IMG/VR virus record: IMGVR_UViG_3300022848_000777
Coordinates: 96,001 to 160,000 of that record
Strand: one strand, 5' to 3'
Length of the DNA stretch: 64,000 nucleotides
From: a virus
Both the position numbers and the translations under genes were made by a program. Every line of letters begins with the position of its first letter. Within the stretch, counting starts at the first letter, position 1. This document shows, in pieces, positions 1 through 12,810 of this stretch. The notes beneath the pieces were generated by a model. The model worked only from the letters and a program-made list of their open reading frames with translations. It was not told the origin of the DNA and searched no databases.

Positions 1-215
1 TTGGTAACTTAGGTGACACGCATCTCTATTCAAATCACATAGATGCTGCAACAGAATTACTTTCTAGAAAGAATAAATATAAATTACCTAAGTTAGATAT
101 TAAACTTCATATGCTAAATGTTCCCTCATTCAAACCTGAGTGGTGGGTGTATGATGATTTTGAAATCCAAGGTTATGAATCATATCCGTCTATTAAAGCA
201 AAGTTATCTAACTGA
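1..215 (+). CDS. thyA: thymidylate synthase, C-terminal part (gene starts before the window)
   Basis: Not in the ORF track. Frame from nt 3 reads GNLGDTHLYSNHIDAATELLSR...LPKL...DDFEIQGYESYPSIKAKLSN*, the characteristic ThyA C-terminus (GDxHLYxNH motif). Confidence 0.92.
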   Translation, partial: GNLGDTHLYSNHIDAATELLSRKNKYKLPKLDIKLHMLNVPSFKPEWWVYDDFEIQGYESYPSIKAKLSN

Positions 216-219
216 TATA

Positions 220-672
220 ATGAGAAATATATTATTAGTTATTTTAATGGCATTTAATGTGACATTAGTTCAATCACAGAACACAAGTGTAATACATCTT
301 CCACAAATTGGAACAGTGTATAGTGAAACCAATGGGGAACTTACTAAAATTCTCACATCAGATATATTGAAGTTAGAATACCAATGGTGGGTATTGAATG
401 AATTTGATTTGACTTTATTTGTCGCCTACGATTCAAGTAAATATCAATTATTGAGGTTAAAATCAGATTACAACCTCAATAATTATGAGGGATATCCTGA
501 TAGCATATCCATTGAACCAATCGATACCATATACCTTGCTAAAACATATCCATACATCTCATTAACATATAATACATTTTATGAAGTTTGGTTATTTACG
601 AGAGAAACTAAAGTTGATTCAATTAAGAGATGGTGGTTTATTACCGAATCAAATAAAAATAAATTAAGATGA
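220..672 (+). CDS. hypothetical exported protein
   Basis: Likely start is ATG 220 (MRNILLVILMAFNVTLVQS, signal-peptide-like). The ORF-track start at 118 overlaps thyA. Confidence 0.6.
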   Translation: MRNILLVILMAFNVTLVQSQNTSVIHLPQIGTVYSETNGELTKILTSDILKLEYQWWVLNEFDLTLFVAYDSSKYQLLRLKSDYNLNNYEGYPDSISIEPIDTIYLAKTYPYISLTYNTFYEVWLFTRETKVDSIKRWWFITESNKNKLR

Positions 673-1206
673 AAATAGAAACACTTAGATTACAAATAGA
701 GAAAATAAAGATTACATCAATAGACCAAAAGCGAATTCAATCTGAAGTCTTAGGTCTATTGGATATGTATGAACTTGATAATAGAGAGGCCATTGGGCCA
801 GAAAAAGTAAATCCATTTAATTTTATAGATACCACCGATGATGGGAATCGTGATTGTACTATGGATAATTACTTAGTTTTAGAATATAAATTAGAAGATT
901 ATAAAAAATAATAATATGAGATCAGAAATAGAAGTTCACAATATATTCGGGAAGAGTATAACACATCAATTAGTTGATAATGCAGCTTGGTTGGTTGTAA
1001 GTGAGGGTAGGTCTACATGGGCTTACACTAATGATAAGAGAAAATGTCTAGGTATTATGAAAAATGGAATGCCTGATATTGCCACTTCGGTGAACGTAGA
1101 ATCCGTATCAAACCATGATATGATAACATTACTCAATCACTTTCATTGCTCTGTTAATAACACTAAAAAATTCAAAGAGAATGTTTTTCGATTACACAAT
1201 ATTTGA
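669..1206 (+). CDS. two hypothetical proteins (669-911, 916-1206)
   Basis: Tightly packed ORFs with no recognisable motif. Confidence 0.55.
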
Positions 1207-1333
1207 TAACCGATATGTAGCAAGGCCGCATGATTTCTTTGAGTATATAACTATCATAGGTGCATTGACATTTTACACCGATGTGACTGTTGAATCATGG
1301 GCGAATTTAATTGAATCTGTATCTTAATTTGAT

Positions 1334-1711
1334 ATGAATGCTACTTGTGGTATTTTAATAAACGGAGATCGAATATTGATAGTTAAATTATCGGAGCAAA
1401 CTGATTGGTTATTACCATGTGGTGAAATCACCAATGGTGTTGATGATTCTATAAAAAAGTTAATGTTAGATAAATTAAACATATCAGTCCGACCACTTCA
1501 TGCCATTAGACCACATGAGAAAAATAATCTAATAACTCACCCGATGGTATTGGAGTATATTGAGGGGGCTCCTGAGTTTAAGGGGTACACTCATTTGAAA
1601 TTTGTGAATAAATCAGAATCAAAGAAAGTGCGAATTGATATCCTACACAGGAGTATTGTTGCAACTTTCTTTGATTCATATAGTATCTTTCTAAGAAAGG
1701 ATAGAAACTAA
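1334..1711 (+). CDS. Nudix-fold protein with degenerate Nudix box
   Basis: N-terminus ATCGILINGDRILIVK...WLLPCGEI resembles MutT-like proteins, but the REUxEE part of the box is missing. Confidence 0.5.
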   Translation: MNATCGILINGDRILIVKLSEQTDWLLPCGEITNGVDDSIKKLMLDKLNISVRPLHAIRPHEKNNLITHPMVLEYIEGAPEFKGYTHLKFVNKSESKKVRIDILHRSIVATFFDSYSIFLRKDRN

Positions 1712-1745
1712 TAATTTTAATATTTATATAAAAGGACATATCATT

Positions 1746-2069
1746 ATGGCAGAAATAACATTAACAATATATCAAGCACAAATATTCAATATGGTTGAAG
1801 GGTACTTTTCTTCAAAGGGGTATCTTGGTGAAGATTTGTTTGAGGATACCTATGTATTACAAAAACGACTTGCCGATTATATAACAAATAACGTATCGCT
1901 AAATAGTGGTAATGATGATTCTGAGATTGTAGCTAATAGAGTATACAATGCGGTATTAAACATTCAGTTTGATAGGCCAAATGCAGGTGGTGGTGTGGAT
2001 GATCGTATAAATCCAAATCCAACGGGTAATGATAATCCAACCGAAGAATCATCAACGAATCGAAACTAA
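1746..2069 (+). CDS. hypothetical protein
   Basis: ORF preceded by a TATTTATA motif at 1721. Confidence 0.55.
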   Translation: MAEITLTIYQAQIFNMVEGYFSSKGYLGEDLFEDTYVLQKRLADYITNNVSLNSGNDDSEIVANRVYNAVLNIQFDRPNAGGGVDDRINPNPTGNDNPTEESSTNRN

Positions 2070-2087
2070 CTTAAAAAGAAACTTGCA

Positions 2088-2678
2088 ATGTCAACTCACC
2101 ATATTGCTACACCGCAGGTTAAATACACCTATGGGTGTATAATGTTATATGTAAAGTATTATAACCTACAGTTCACTCACACATGGATACCTGAAAAGCA
2201 CATATTTAATGATACTTCTAATATGTATGGGCTTGAATCATACCCACACATTACACTTCTAAGTAATGTTTTGGCTGGGGTTAGTAGAAGTACAGTAGAG
2301 AATGTCTTAAATAAGATTAACCTACCACCGAATCTCAAACTTGAAACAAAATTGAGCAGGTTCGATGCAAACTCAAAGGGGGCAGTTCCGCTGAAATTTG
2401 ATGTAATCGAATCAGATACCACTAATCAGTTGAATGATATTCATAAACTCTTAAAAGAGGAAATTCCAAATGAGTGTGAATATGATGAGTATCACCCACA
2501 TATGACAATTGGATATGTAAAGGATAGGCATAGTAATCATTATGGTAATAATTCAGATGGTAAAAATATCATATCCCATACACTCAAAGCAAAGAACAAA
2601 AAGTATCAAATATTAGATACCATATACCCAGTCTATTCGACACCCAATGGTGATGTTTGGATAATTAATAACAATTAA
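2088..2678 (+). CDS. 2H phosphoesterase, T4 gp57B/Acb1-like
   Basis: Two HxT motifs (YGLESYPHITLL, YHPHMTIGYV) plus an N-terminal YGCIMLY, typical of phage 2H phosphoesterases. Confidence 0.8.
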   Translation: MSTHHIATPQVKYTYGCIMLYVKYYNLQFTHTWIPEKHIFNDTSNMYGLESYPHITLLSNVLAGVSRSTVENVLNKINLPPNLKLETKLSRFDANSKGAVPLKFDVIESDTTNQLNDIHKLLKEEIPNECEYDEYHPHMTIGYVKDRHSNHYGNNSDGKNIISHTLKAKNKKYQILDTIYPVYSTPNGDVWIINNN

Positions 2679-2722
2679 TTAACATTAGACACTTGGAAAT
2701 TTCATTCTTTTTTCGTATATTG
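2668..2722 (+). promoter_or_regulatory. early promoter with upstream TTAACA-N5-TTAACA box (first of about 18 copies)
   Basis: ATAACA(2668)/TTAACA(2679), TTGG, then TATATTG. Same architecture at 5490, 7711, 9996, 14152, 14783, 15407, 15677, 22272, 28950, 30768, 33343, 34843, 35032, 38143, 42823, 42998 and 46885. Confidence 0.8.
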
Positions 2723-2769
2723 TTACTGTAATAAAAGATAGGATATAAAGAAACAACGAGAATAATAAA

Positions 2770-3276
2770 GTGATGACAAACAAAGAAAGAGCATTAATGG
2801 TGGCAGAAGTAGCACACCGCAATCAAACCTATGATATATACCCATACACATATCATGTTAAACGAGTTGCAAATCGAGCTGAATCTTTAGGGTATGATGA
2901 GGCTATTGTGATTTCATGTATATTACATGACACATTAGAAGATACTGATCTTTCGTATAAAGATCTTAGAAAGGCATTTGGTGTGGAAGTGGCGGAGATT
3001 GTATATTGTGTTACTGATGAACTAGGCCGTAATCGTATTGAAAAGAAACAAAAGACATTTCCGAAAATAAAATCTAATTGGAAGGCCACAGTTGTTAAGA
3101 TATGTGATCGAATTGAAAATGTAACTCAATCACTGCAATATAATGAAGCAAAGCTTAAAATGTATAAAAGTGAGCATAAATATTTTGTTGAGGCAATATC
3201 CAATCCACATCACCCACAAGATGAGGTGGGTAAGGCTTGGGGAGTGTTAAATGATTTAATGAATACAAATAAATAA
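2770..3276 (+). CDS. HD-domain small alarmone hydrolase (Mesh1/SpoT HD-like)
   Basis: Motifs AHRNQ...PYTYHV, LHDTLEDT, FGVEVAEIV..VTD, VKICDRIEN. Confidence 0.85.
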   Translation: MMTNKERALMVAEVAHRNQTYDIYPYTYHVKRVANRAESLGYDEAIVISCILHDTLEDTDLSYKDLRKAFGVEVAEIVYCVTDELGRNRIEKKQKTFPKIKSNWKATVVKICDRIENVTQSLQYNEAKLKMYKSEHKYFVEAISNPHHPQDEVGKAWGVLNDLMNTNK

Positions 3277-3292
3277 TAAAAATAATAAAAAT

Positions 3293-3565
3293 ATGAAAAA
3301 GGTAGTATTGTTTGCAATGGTCGTAGCAATGACCGTATTGGGATCATCTTGTACGGAGAATACAAGAGCACGTTCATTTGGTGGAACTCAGGAAATTGAA
3401 CTAAAAGAAAATGAACGATTTGTGAATATAACTTGGAAAGATTCTGATTTGTGGGTGGTGACCGAAGACACTTTAACTGGTATTGGATATGCTAGAGAGA
3501 GATCAAGGTATGGTGTGTTAGAAGGCACGGTTATTATAAAAAGAAAAGGTACTACAGGCCTATAA
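3293..3565 (+). CDS. putative lipoprotein
   Basis: Signal peptide with lipobox-like LGSSC followed by TENTRARSFGG. Confidence 0.6.
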   Translation: MKKVVLFAMVVAMTVLGSSCTENTRARSFGGTQEIELKENERFVNITWKDSDLWVVTEDTLTGIGYARERSRYGVLEGTVIIKRKGTTGL

Positions 3566-3574
3566 CTAAAATGA

Positions 3575-5305
3575 TTGAAACTGATGTTTAACGAAAACCC
3601 GTGGCACGAGCACCCCACTACGATACCATACCTAATAGATAGACAGTATGAAGTGATGTTAAAGGGTGGGGAAATTGAAGAAGACACCTTTACAGGATTT
3701 AATTGGTACAATTATGATTGGACTGATATAATCGCATGGCGATACTTAACAAATTCTTAATAATGATAATAATGAGAGGACTTATAATGGCATTTATCAT
3801 CACATTTTTTGAAATCATAATTGTAATTATGATCACCTTAATTATATTAATGATTATCTGTTTTGTGGAATGGAATACTGATTCAGTCGATTGGGTTATT
3901 AATTGGTTAACCGAACCGTGGGGTAGGGGTGCTAGAATTAGTATCTGTATTCTATTTGCATTTAATTGGTTTATCGGATTTGTCAGTGCAGCATTTGTGG
4001 ATTAAAATAATATTAACATAAATAAAAAATATGAATAAGTATAAGAAGTTTGTTAAGGAGTTATTTAATAGCTCAACTGAGTTGAGAAATAGTATTAATG
4101 ATAAATTTCCAGGGGAATTTTCATCTAATGGTTTGATATCAAATAAGTGGCATGAAATACTACACTCTGGTGGTGCATTGTTTTATTATAATGGTGATTC
4201 AACCAATTACGGTTTCAGATCTAATGGTGCTTGGACATCATACGTTGTTGATCTTGGTGATCGGGTAGAGGCTAATGTAGTTTCAACTGATATAGTATTA
4301 CCCAAACTAATAAAATTGGCAACTCGATTGGGGTATGTAGAGGGGGCTAACGTAGATCTATTTGAACTTACTGGTGATACACTGTTAAGAAATTGTCGCA
4401 TCACATCAAATGAAGTAAACTATGATGAAGATAAGGATATACTTGTGATTGGTGGTTCGACGGTTTACCGACAAGGTAGATGGATGCCAAAAATAATGAC
4501 AGATATTAGAATGTCAGAAATATCAGAGAAGTTTAAGGTTCCCGTTTTATCTATAAACATCATACCTTAGTAACAATGAGAATATTAGCAAATTTAATTA
4601 TGTGCCCCGATGGAACCATACTCCAGTCACACCATCGGCATGATTTTAAATCACATATAGATGAAAATGGTCGATATAGTATGGTCGATGGTGGAATTGA
4701 TTATCTTAAACGTGGTGGTGAGTTTATTGAGATGTCGATACATGAAGGTGACCCTTTCATATTAATACGTAGGTATATTTGTAGAATAAATAAAGACAAA
4801 GACGGTCTAGGTATACCAGTACATACCCCACTTTTCCAAATGGATATTGAGTGGTTAAAAACCCTAGTCGATTGGTTAGAGAGAAATCAACCCGACAATC
4901 CTTATAGAGAATATTACATAAAGGAGATTGAATGGCGGGAAAATGAACCTACATCTAAATAAAAATAACGAGCAATTTTAAATAATGAAACGATTCAATA
5001 ACCTATTTGCCAACACATCTATTGTTAGGGAATACAAAGCTGAACCAAAGAGTTCATTATACACATCTATGTTAGAAAACTTTGTATACGGATTACTAGG
5101 TTCTATATTGGTGGTGTTTATATCACAGAAGCAAGATATGATGGTTCTGATTGGATATATGATGTATTATTTCTACGTTGGTAAGGTCATCAATCGACCG
5201 AAGTACGTAACATCACTTGGTAAGTTCATAGTATTTCCAATACCAACTACATTAGGAGCCTTCATAGGGTATAAATTAGCTTATTTACTAACAGATTTTA
5301 TATAA
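3575..5305 (+). CDS. run of small hypothetical genes (3575-3760, 3736-4005 membrane, 4031-4570, 4576-4962, 4985-5305 membrane)
   Basis: Contiguous co-oriented ORFs. 4576-4962 carries a CPDG...SHHRHDF...DGG putative metal-binding motif. Confidence 0.55.
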
Positions 5306-5547
5306 TGAAAAAGATAATAATTTACGAATATCAGTTAAAACTAATTGAACATGCATTAAGAATGACATCTAATATTCATAAGAGTTCGGATGGGATTACA
5401 TCATTTGATAGGGTAGTACGAAACGCATGGGGATTTTCCCAAAATGCATTGGCAGAATCGGATACGGAATAAGTAAGATTCATCTAAATTTAACAATTCC
5501 TTAACATTAAAAGATTGATATATCAGTCTTTTTTCTTATATTGTAGT

Positions 5548-8500
5548 ATGGATTTAATAACAAAAACTCAGTATGATTACTTATATAAACTAGCAACAAA
5601 AGGCAAACGTAGGCGGAATCGGTATTATTTGAATGTGCTTTCAAAAGTTAATCCTCAATCCATTATGTTTGAAATAACGGATGTAGATGCTCATATAACG
5701 GATGCAGATGCTCATATACGTGATACTGGAATCAATGTAGTATTCGAATCGGATGTGTGTATTAATTCAAGGTGGCTTTTCAGATTAACTGACGTTGGAA
5801 AACGAACTTTGCCATTAGAATGTCGAAATGCACTTCGTGAAGTATTTGATAGTGAAGAACATAACAGATGTGGATTTTAAATTTACTTTAAATAAGGAAA
5901 TATAATGACATTACTTTGGCTTGATGATATGAGAAACCCATTCATTGATAACTGGTTGCGAGATTACGCACCACGATTTATTGATGAAGAAGTGATTTGG
6001 GTTAGGAGTTACTTAGAATTCACCGATTGGATCAATACTAATGGATTGCCTGATATGATATGTTTTGATCACGATTTAGGTGAGGACGTTGCTAGAGATA
6101 AAGTATCCAATGGACTGAGTAAACGACAAGCTAGGATTCAAAAACGTGAAACAATTAGTGGATTTGAGTGTGCCAAATGGTTAGTTGATTATTGTATTGA
6201 TAATAATGATGAATTACCACAATGGTCTGTGCAAAGTGCAAACCCCGTAGGAAGGGATAATATAAATGGGTTGCTTAACAATTACCGTAACCATTGTAGT
6301 GAATGATACGATATGATAAACCATAGCAAAAATATACTCTTAGATAATACACAGTGGGAATTTCTATATGGTCTAGTAGAACATAGCGGGCCCACTTATG
6401 TAAAAGATCTCACAGGTAATTCTTCAATTAAATTTAATTATCACGGTTTTGGTGTAGATAGTATCATAAAACCTTATATATGGATGTATGTGTACAAGCA
6501 CGGTCAGTCATATCAGTATAAAATTAAACAAAACCATGCCCAACGCCATATAAATGGATCTCAAATCCCACTTTTACTTAAATACACATTAAGAAGTCTA
6601 TGGAACAAAAAACATTTAAATTAACTGAGGAACAATTTCTAAATAAGGTATAATAATTACAGATATGCTCACACAAATCCAATGGGATTATATGGAAAGT
6701 TTAAGTAAATCAGATGGTCGAAGTCATGCTTATATATTATCAAATAATAAACGTGTCTATTTAATACAATCCACTAATGAACCCCATCGATTAACGTTTT
6801 ATATTGATCAAGGAGCCGTAACTGGACCATCATACTCAGTTGTAAGTAGATCGGTGAATCACCACGCCCTCACACGGGAAGTTAGAGAAATAATGCATGA
6901 AATTTGGGAACTTAACAATAAAGATGAATAATTCAACATTATTAACAAAAAAACAATATGATTGGATGTCTCAGATGTCTAAAGTGTATAATGTAGAACC
7001 ACCACTTATCCAATTCAGCTCTTTCAAATTGGGTATATTTACTGGATTATCGGGTCGTATTTACGTTAGAATCGAAAAAGCTGATCATCAGATGTTGTTA
7101 TATTCATTCGAAGAAGATCAAATTGGAGACCGTAGAATGCCACCAATCGTGAAATCGTGTTTAAATGAATATTGGACTCGTTGGAAATTTAAATTAAAAT
7201 TAAAACAAATATTATGAAAATTGTAACAACAGATTACCCCTGTGGAATCAACACAGATGGTCAGAATTTTTATGTAGAGACTGAAATGGTTCGGGATTTA
7301 GATGGTGGCTTTAATGCATGGAAGATGAGGAAAGAACGATTTATAGATGCAAATGAAACTGTAGACGGAATTATATTGTATGATATTACACCTATTACGA
7401 TAGATCATTACAATTACAATACGGGTCTTCAAATTAGATATGCGTACAGTGTAGTTGATGTTAAAGATAAAGTGGTAACGGAAACAATTACAGAAACAAC
7501 GACCGTGACTGAAATCACATATGAATCTAAACCTTCAATAGTGAGCCTCAGATAAAAACTAAGGTAAATAATCCAATCAAACCTGTGTGGGATGAAGATG
7601 AAGTATATACATTATGCTTAAAGTCATATCTACGGGGTCTTTCAGATGCATCATCACATTTCTTTAAAGAAACATTTAGTAAACTTATAGAAGTTCTTAT
7701 GTCGAAGAAGTTAACAAAATCTTAACATAGGAGATTTGGATACCTCATTTAAGTTCCGTACATTGCCTCTGTAATGATTAATAATCATCTAATAATAAAG
7801 ATATGGTATTAAATGATATGGTGAATACGATTTTAACAAAACGACAATGGGATTTTATAAAATGGGCCGCTGATAACGATCACAATCAATTCTATAGTGG
7901 TGATTTCAGAGTAGAACTGAAAAACACACCCATCTTTCTACCAACCGAAGTCATAGAAATTAGATTAATATCTGGTTCTGGAGAAAAAGAACGTAGTTAT
8001 ACCTTTTACGCTCGTGATACAGAGTATATCGATTCTCTCATTAGATCTGACATGATATTCGCACTAAAAAGAATGTGGAATTATCATCGAAGAAATGGAA
8101 ACATATAATTAATTATATAATGACGGTAATGCCTGATTTAACAAAACGACAGTGGGATTTTATAAATAGCAACCACCCAATGTGCTTGCCACCTTACTTT
8201 GGCCGTGATTTCGATTTGATCTCCAAGATTAAATATTTATCACCCTTAAACATAAGGGTTATAGAACTTGAATTAAGAATTGGCACGGGGGAATATGAAT
8301 CTAGTAGAACACTCATTACTGCCGATCCAGTAGATGGAACCACTCATATTCCAGATAATTTCAAAACAGCACTAAGAGAAATGTGGGATTTTCACAACCT
8401 ATATGGTAACATATAATAATTTTATGAGCATGGTAATGAGTACTCCTTTAACAAAACGACAGTGGGATTTTATAAAGAACTATCATAAAGCGACACATAA

Positions 8501-9036
8501 TAGTGGTGTTTACTATGGTGTTGAGTTCACTCTAATCTTTAGGATTTCACATACACCAACCAATTATAGCTATATGGTGGAAGTTGAATTAATAACTGAT
8601 GGTAATGGTAGTAAATTCAGTAAAAGACTGAGTTTTTGCGATCCCACTCAAGGAACCACTCATATTCCAGATGATATGAAATCCGCCCTAAGAAAAATGT
8701 GGGATTATCTTAACCCAATTTTCGATAAATAATAGTTTTCTTATGAATGATAGAGCAACAGCTGAATATTTAACCTCAACACAGTGGGATTTCTTAGAGA
8801 TGTTGATGAAGAGTGGTTGGAATTTCCTTCCTCTAAATGGTAATGAATATATTAAAATAGAATGGGTCGATTTCCCCCCAACTGAAATGATGTTAGATAT
8901 TATTTTATTAATTGATGGTGTAGTTAAATATCAATGGAGAATAGGCCGATATTTGGCCAATTCTAATCAATATCTGGAGCATAATTTGAGAATGACACTT
9001 AGAGACTTATGGGATGAAGTTAATGGTAATAAATAA
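5548..9036 (+). repeat. 8-member paralogous gene family 'LTxxQWDF...LRxMW' (5548-5880, 6313-6624, 6665-6931, 6924-7217, 7803-8108, 8120-8416, 8424-8732, 8743-9036)
   Basis: Shared N-terminal L-T/D-x-x-Q-W/Y-D/E-F/Y/W and C-terminal L-R/K-x-M/L/I-W motifs. DNA repeat ttaacaaaacgaca(a/g)tgggattttataaa at about 7833, 8138 and 8448. Confidence 0.8.
5905..6306 (+). CDS. cyclic-phosphate-processing receiver-like domain protein
   Basis: LWLDDMRNP...ICFDHDLG...GFECAKWL...QSANPVG, the pattern of stand-alone receiver-like proteins seen in phage RNA-repair contexts. Confidence 0.7.
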   Translation: MTLLWLDDMRNPFIDNWLRDYAPRFIDEEVIWVRSYLEFTDWINTNGLPDMICFDHDLGEDVARDKVSNGLSKRQARIQKRETISGFECAKWLVDYCIDNNDELPQWSVQSANPVGRDNINGLLNNYRNHCSE

Positions 9037-9053
9037 ATGAAAACAAAGTTAAA

Positions 9054-12000
9054 ATGGAAATAATAGCAGAATTAATGGGAATTGGTATTGGGGCAATTTT
9101 AGTTGGGGTGGTATTTCTAATATTCATCCCATATCGAGTGGGTGAATTTTTAGTATATAATTATATTGGTAAACCGCATGGTGCAAGCGATAATATGAAG
9201 TGGATATATAAATACTTAATAGGATTGGTCGCGGTTGTGATTTTAACATCAGTTTGTTTGGGTGTTGGGTATGGATTAATAGAATTAATAAAATGAGCGG
9301 ATTAAAAGAAAAAATAGAAAGGCACCTTGAGTGGGCAAATAAAAGGCTTAAACTTCAAGGAAAAGAGTTAGATGAAACTCAGATTGAGATATTGCAGTTT
9401 GCTATAGTAAGTGGGTTCACATGCTTAACAGATAAGCAATTCAGTGAGGATATTGAAGAAGCAATTCGAGATGGTGAGATGGTTTCTTACGGGCCCGAAG
9501 GGGCCTACGACTATTTTAGTCAAGAAATTGCATTGGATAATGTTATGGGAGCGATCAATGATCGGTTAAGTGGTACAAATGAATAAATTTAAAAAGAGTC
9601 AGAAATGAAAAAGTATTATTTCATAAATTATGCAATTGATATACCAGGTCAACGTATTTACTATGGTAGGGATTTGGTAGATCAAACCCCATTCCAATAT
9701 GCGATGCATTATACAGAGCTCAATGGTCTTTCTAAAAAAAGAATCATCCTATCCTCTTATGAGATAGAACCTAGTGAATATAGAATGTATAAAGAATTAA
9801 TAAACGATGAGTAAAATGGAGAAAGTAATAGAACTTAAAGAGACCCATCTAAGACGAATTAGAACAGTTAACAAAATGATAGATAACCCATTGACTCCAA
9901 AAGAACGTAGAGATAGATTGGAAGCAAAACTACACACTTACAAATGCTTTATAGTAGAACTAGAGGATATATGTGGGGATCAATAAGAAGATTCCTTAAC
10001 ATAACCTTAACATTGAAAATTAGGCTTAGTGTACTCAATTTCGTATTTTTGTCTTGTTGGGTTGATAACGAAGTCAGCTCGTTAATTTAAGAATTATGAT
10101 AGTAGATCAAAAGCAAAGTGCCATTAAAGAAATTAGAAGTAAATCAATTCAGACGGAGGCGGTTGTAGAATCTATACATCCTGAACGTTATACTCATGAA
10201 GATGAGGAACTAAACGAAATATACGATGATGTCATCATATACGATGACTTTCCTGAACTCTACGAAGATGATGGGTATCTAGGATTGGATACCGATTACT
10301 AATATTAGTAACCCAATAAAAAGAAATTATGAAAGCTAATAAAATAAAAAAAGACGTAAACTCATTTCGATTGAAAGCAATCAATGTGGCTTGTGCTACT
10401 TCGGGATATCAACCATCGTGTGTTGAATATGTATCACTCGATGAAGATGGTATTCGTGTGGTTTTCGACAACCCATTTGGTTTTGGTGATGATGACTACG
10501 ATACAGATACTATCGGTGTTTTATATGAAGATTTAGATAGAGATATCTTCGAACTTATTATAGAACGTATCAAAAATGAGGAAGAAACAAAAGAGCTTGC
10601 TAAAGAAGCAGAAGTGAGTACAAAGATGAATACTAAAGAGAATGAAATAATGCTTCTTAAAGAAGATTTAGAATGTGTTCATATGTACTTAGATGATATG
10701 GACACACCGAGGAAGGATGTTAATGGTAATGTGTATAGTATCGTTGGTAGAATTGAATGTAATAGGAGTGAGCAAATATCAAAAGATAATTTTATAAAGG
10801 CGGTACATACCCTAGGTTTATTTTCATATAAAACGAAATGATATGACACCATTAGAAAAAGCAAAAGAGCTAATAGAGCACTATAAGCAGATACATGATA
10901 CTGATTATGAAATGGAAGCTTATGGAATGATCCCTTTAATGAAGAAACATGAACTTAGTGAATGTGCTAATATATGTGTGGATATGATAATAAAGACATT
11001 AAATGGGCCACAGTTCCAATATAAAGTGAAATCCGAGATAGATTATTGGAATGAGGTGAAGGTGGAGATATCAACTTTTGAAGACCGTTTTACATCATTG
11101 TGAAATTGCAGGGAATGATAAAAAGAATAAATTGTAAACACAATGACAATGGGGCTTGGTGTACTAACATCAATGTTAAACGATCATTATTTGGTATTGG
11201 AGCAAGATGTTGTTCAGAGTATAATGATAAAGAATGTAATCTAAAGGAGTTAAGAGCAAAGAAAGGAAACCCACCACCAAGACCGACATCAATTAAAATA
11301 GATAAATAAAAGAATAAAAACTAACATAAAAACAAAGACAAATGGGAAAAGTTATTTTTATAGGTGAAGGGCCTACAGGTGAAAAGCCAGTTGAGTTTAC
11401 GCATCGTTCAAATGGAACGACGGGTTGGGTTAAATTGAGTACCACACCAATAATTCGTGGGCAAGTAATATACCTTGGCGCGTGTGATTATGATGGTGAT
11501 ATGTTTGCGGTGAAATGGGATTCAGGGTCTATTGACATTTATAAAGGACACCTCAATTCAGGAAATTTCTAAGCAAAAGATAAAATGAAAGATACACTTA
11601 TAGAATTTGAAACCGCAAGGTTAGCTAAAGAAAAAGGGTTTAAAAATAAAAGTAATTATTACAATGGTGCTGGAGAGTTAATAATTCCTAATCATAACCA
11701 TTCTAATAATATGATGCAAAGATTTAGATTTGAAGCACCAACTCAATCATTATTACAGAAATGGTTAAGAAAAAAATATGATATTTATGTTGAAGTAGCT
11801 CTAGATTATGGATACTATAACGATGCCGATGTAAAAGAAACCTATGGCATTCATGGATTTGTGTTTGAAATAGTAAATAAAGGCAAGGAAAAAACCGAGG
11901 ATTCTCAGCTTTATAAAACATACGAAGAAGCATTAGAGAAAGGATTAATGGAAGCATTAAAAATAATAGATATTCAAACAAATAACAACTAACAACTAAC

Positions 12001-12216
12001 AGTATGGACAAGTTCAATCAGTTAACAGATGAATGTATATCAAGATCCCTTAATTGTTCAATAACTTATCAAAGGATAAACGACTTCTCAGTTGAAATAT
12101 ACAAGGGTTATGGATCTAACTATGGAATAGTATTTTACACCGATGGTCATATTAATCCAAAAAAGGCTATTAAAAAAGCATTACAATTTCTTTCGAAGCG
12201 AACAGGAGTAGAGTAG
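9054..12216 (+). CDS. run of small hypothetical early genes
   Basis: About 11 short ORFs. MTPLEKAKEL...YWNEVK (10843) and FETARLAKEKGF...APTQSLLQKWLR...TYEEALE (11585) resemble families I recall from Bacteroidota phages. Confidence 0.55.
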
Positions 12217-12810
12217 AGAGTGCATCGGAATTAGCAGATGGGGACATAGTTGTAGCATAAATCAACGATATCTATCAGAATACATACATATACCACTCAT
12301 AAAGAGATATTACGAAAACGAGTCATATATGTGTGTTTACGTTATTCATAATTTTAGGGGATTGTTATTATCAGACTAATAATATATCAGTACATTCATT
12401 GCGGATATGACAATCTCCATTAAAAAACAACAAAGGGTATGGTAAGGGTGGGAACACTAAACCATTCAGGAATAGGGTAGCATACTACACATTCTTTTCG
12501 ATTTGGCAAAAAAAATCCAATAGAAAAACTCTATTAGCTGATAGACACCCTCTATCACGTCAATTTACATAGATATTATCTATCACATAGACAGCCTCTA
12601 TGGATATTCCCGTGCCGCAAATCCTGTATTGATAGTATGTAACTGCTGATTATCAGTGAGTTAGACTACTTTGATGGCTTATAGGGATAGAATCAAAATC
12701 GCAATTAGGGCCATCCAGTGGGGTTTCGGTGCATAATTCACTATTTTGGGGTGATTCATATAGATAAATAGTATGAGAATCTGAGCCATCAAAAGAAAAT
12801 GGCTTAATAA

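Noticed and set aside
118-219. ORF-track start at 118
   Set aside because: It overlaps the thyA C-terminus in another frame; ATG 220 gives a clean signal peptide.
5548-9036. Diversity-generating retroelement behind the paralog family
   Set aside because: No reverse transcriptase and no template/variable repeat pair differing only at adenines.
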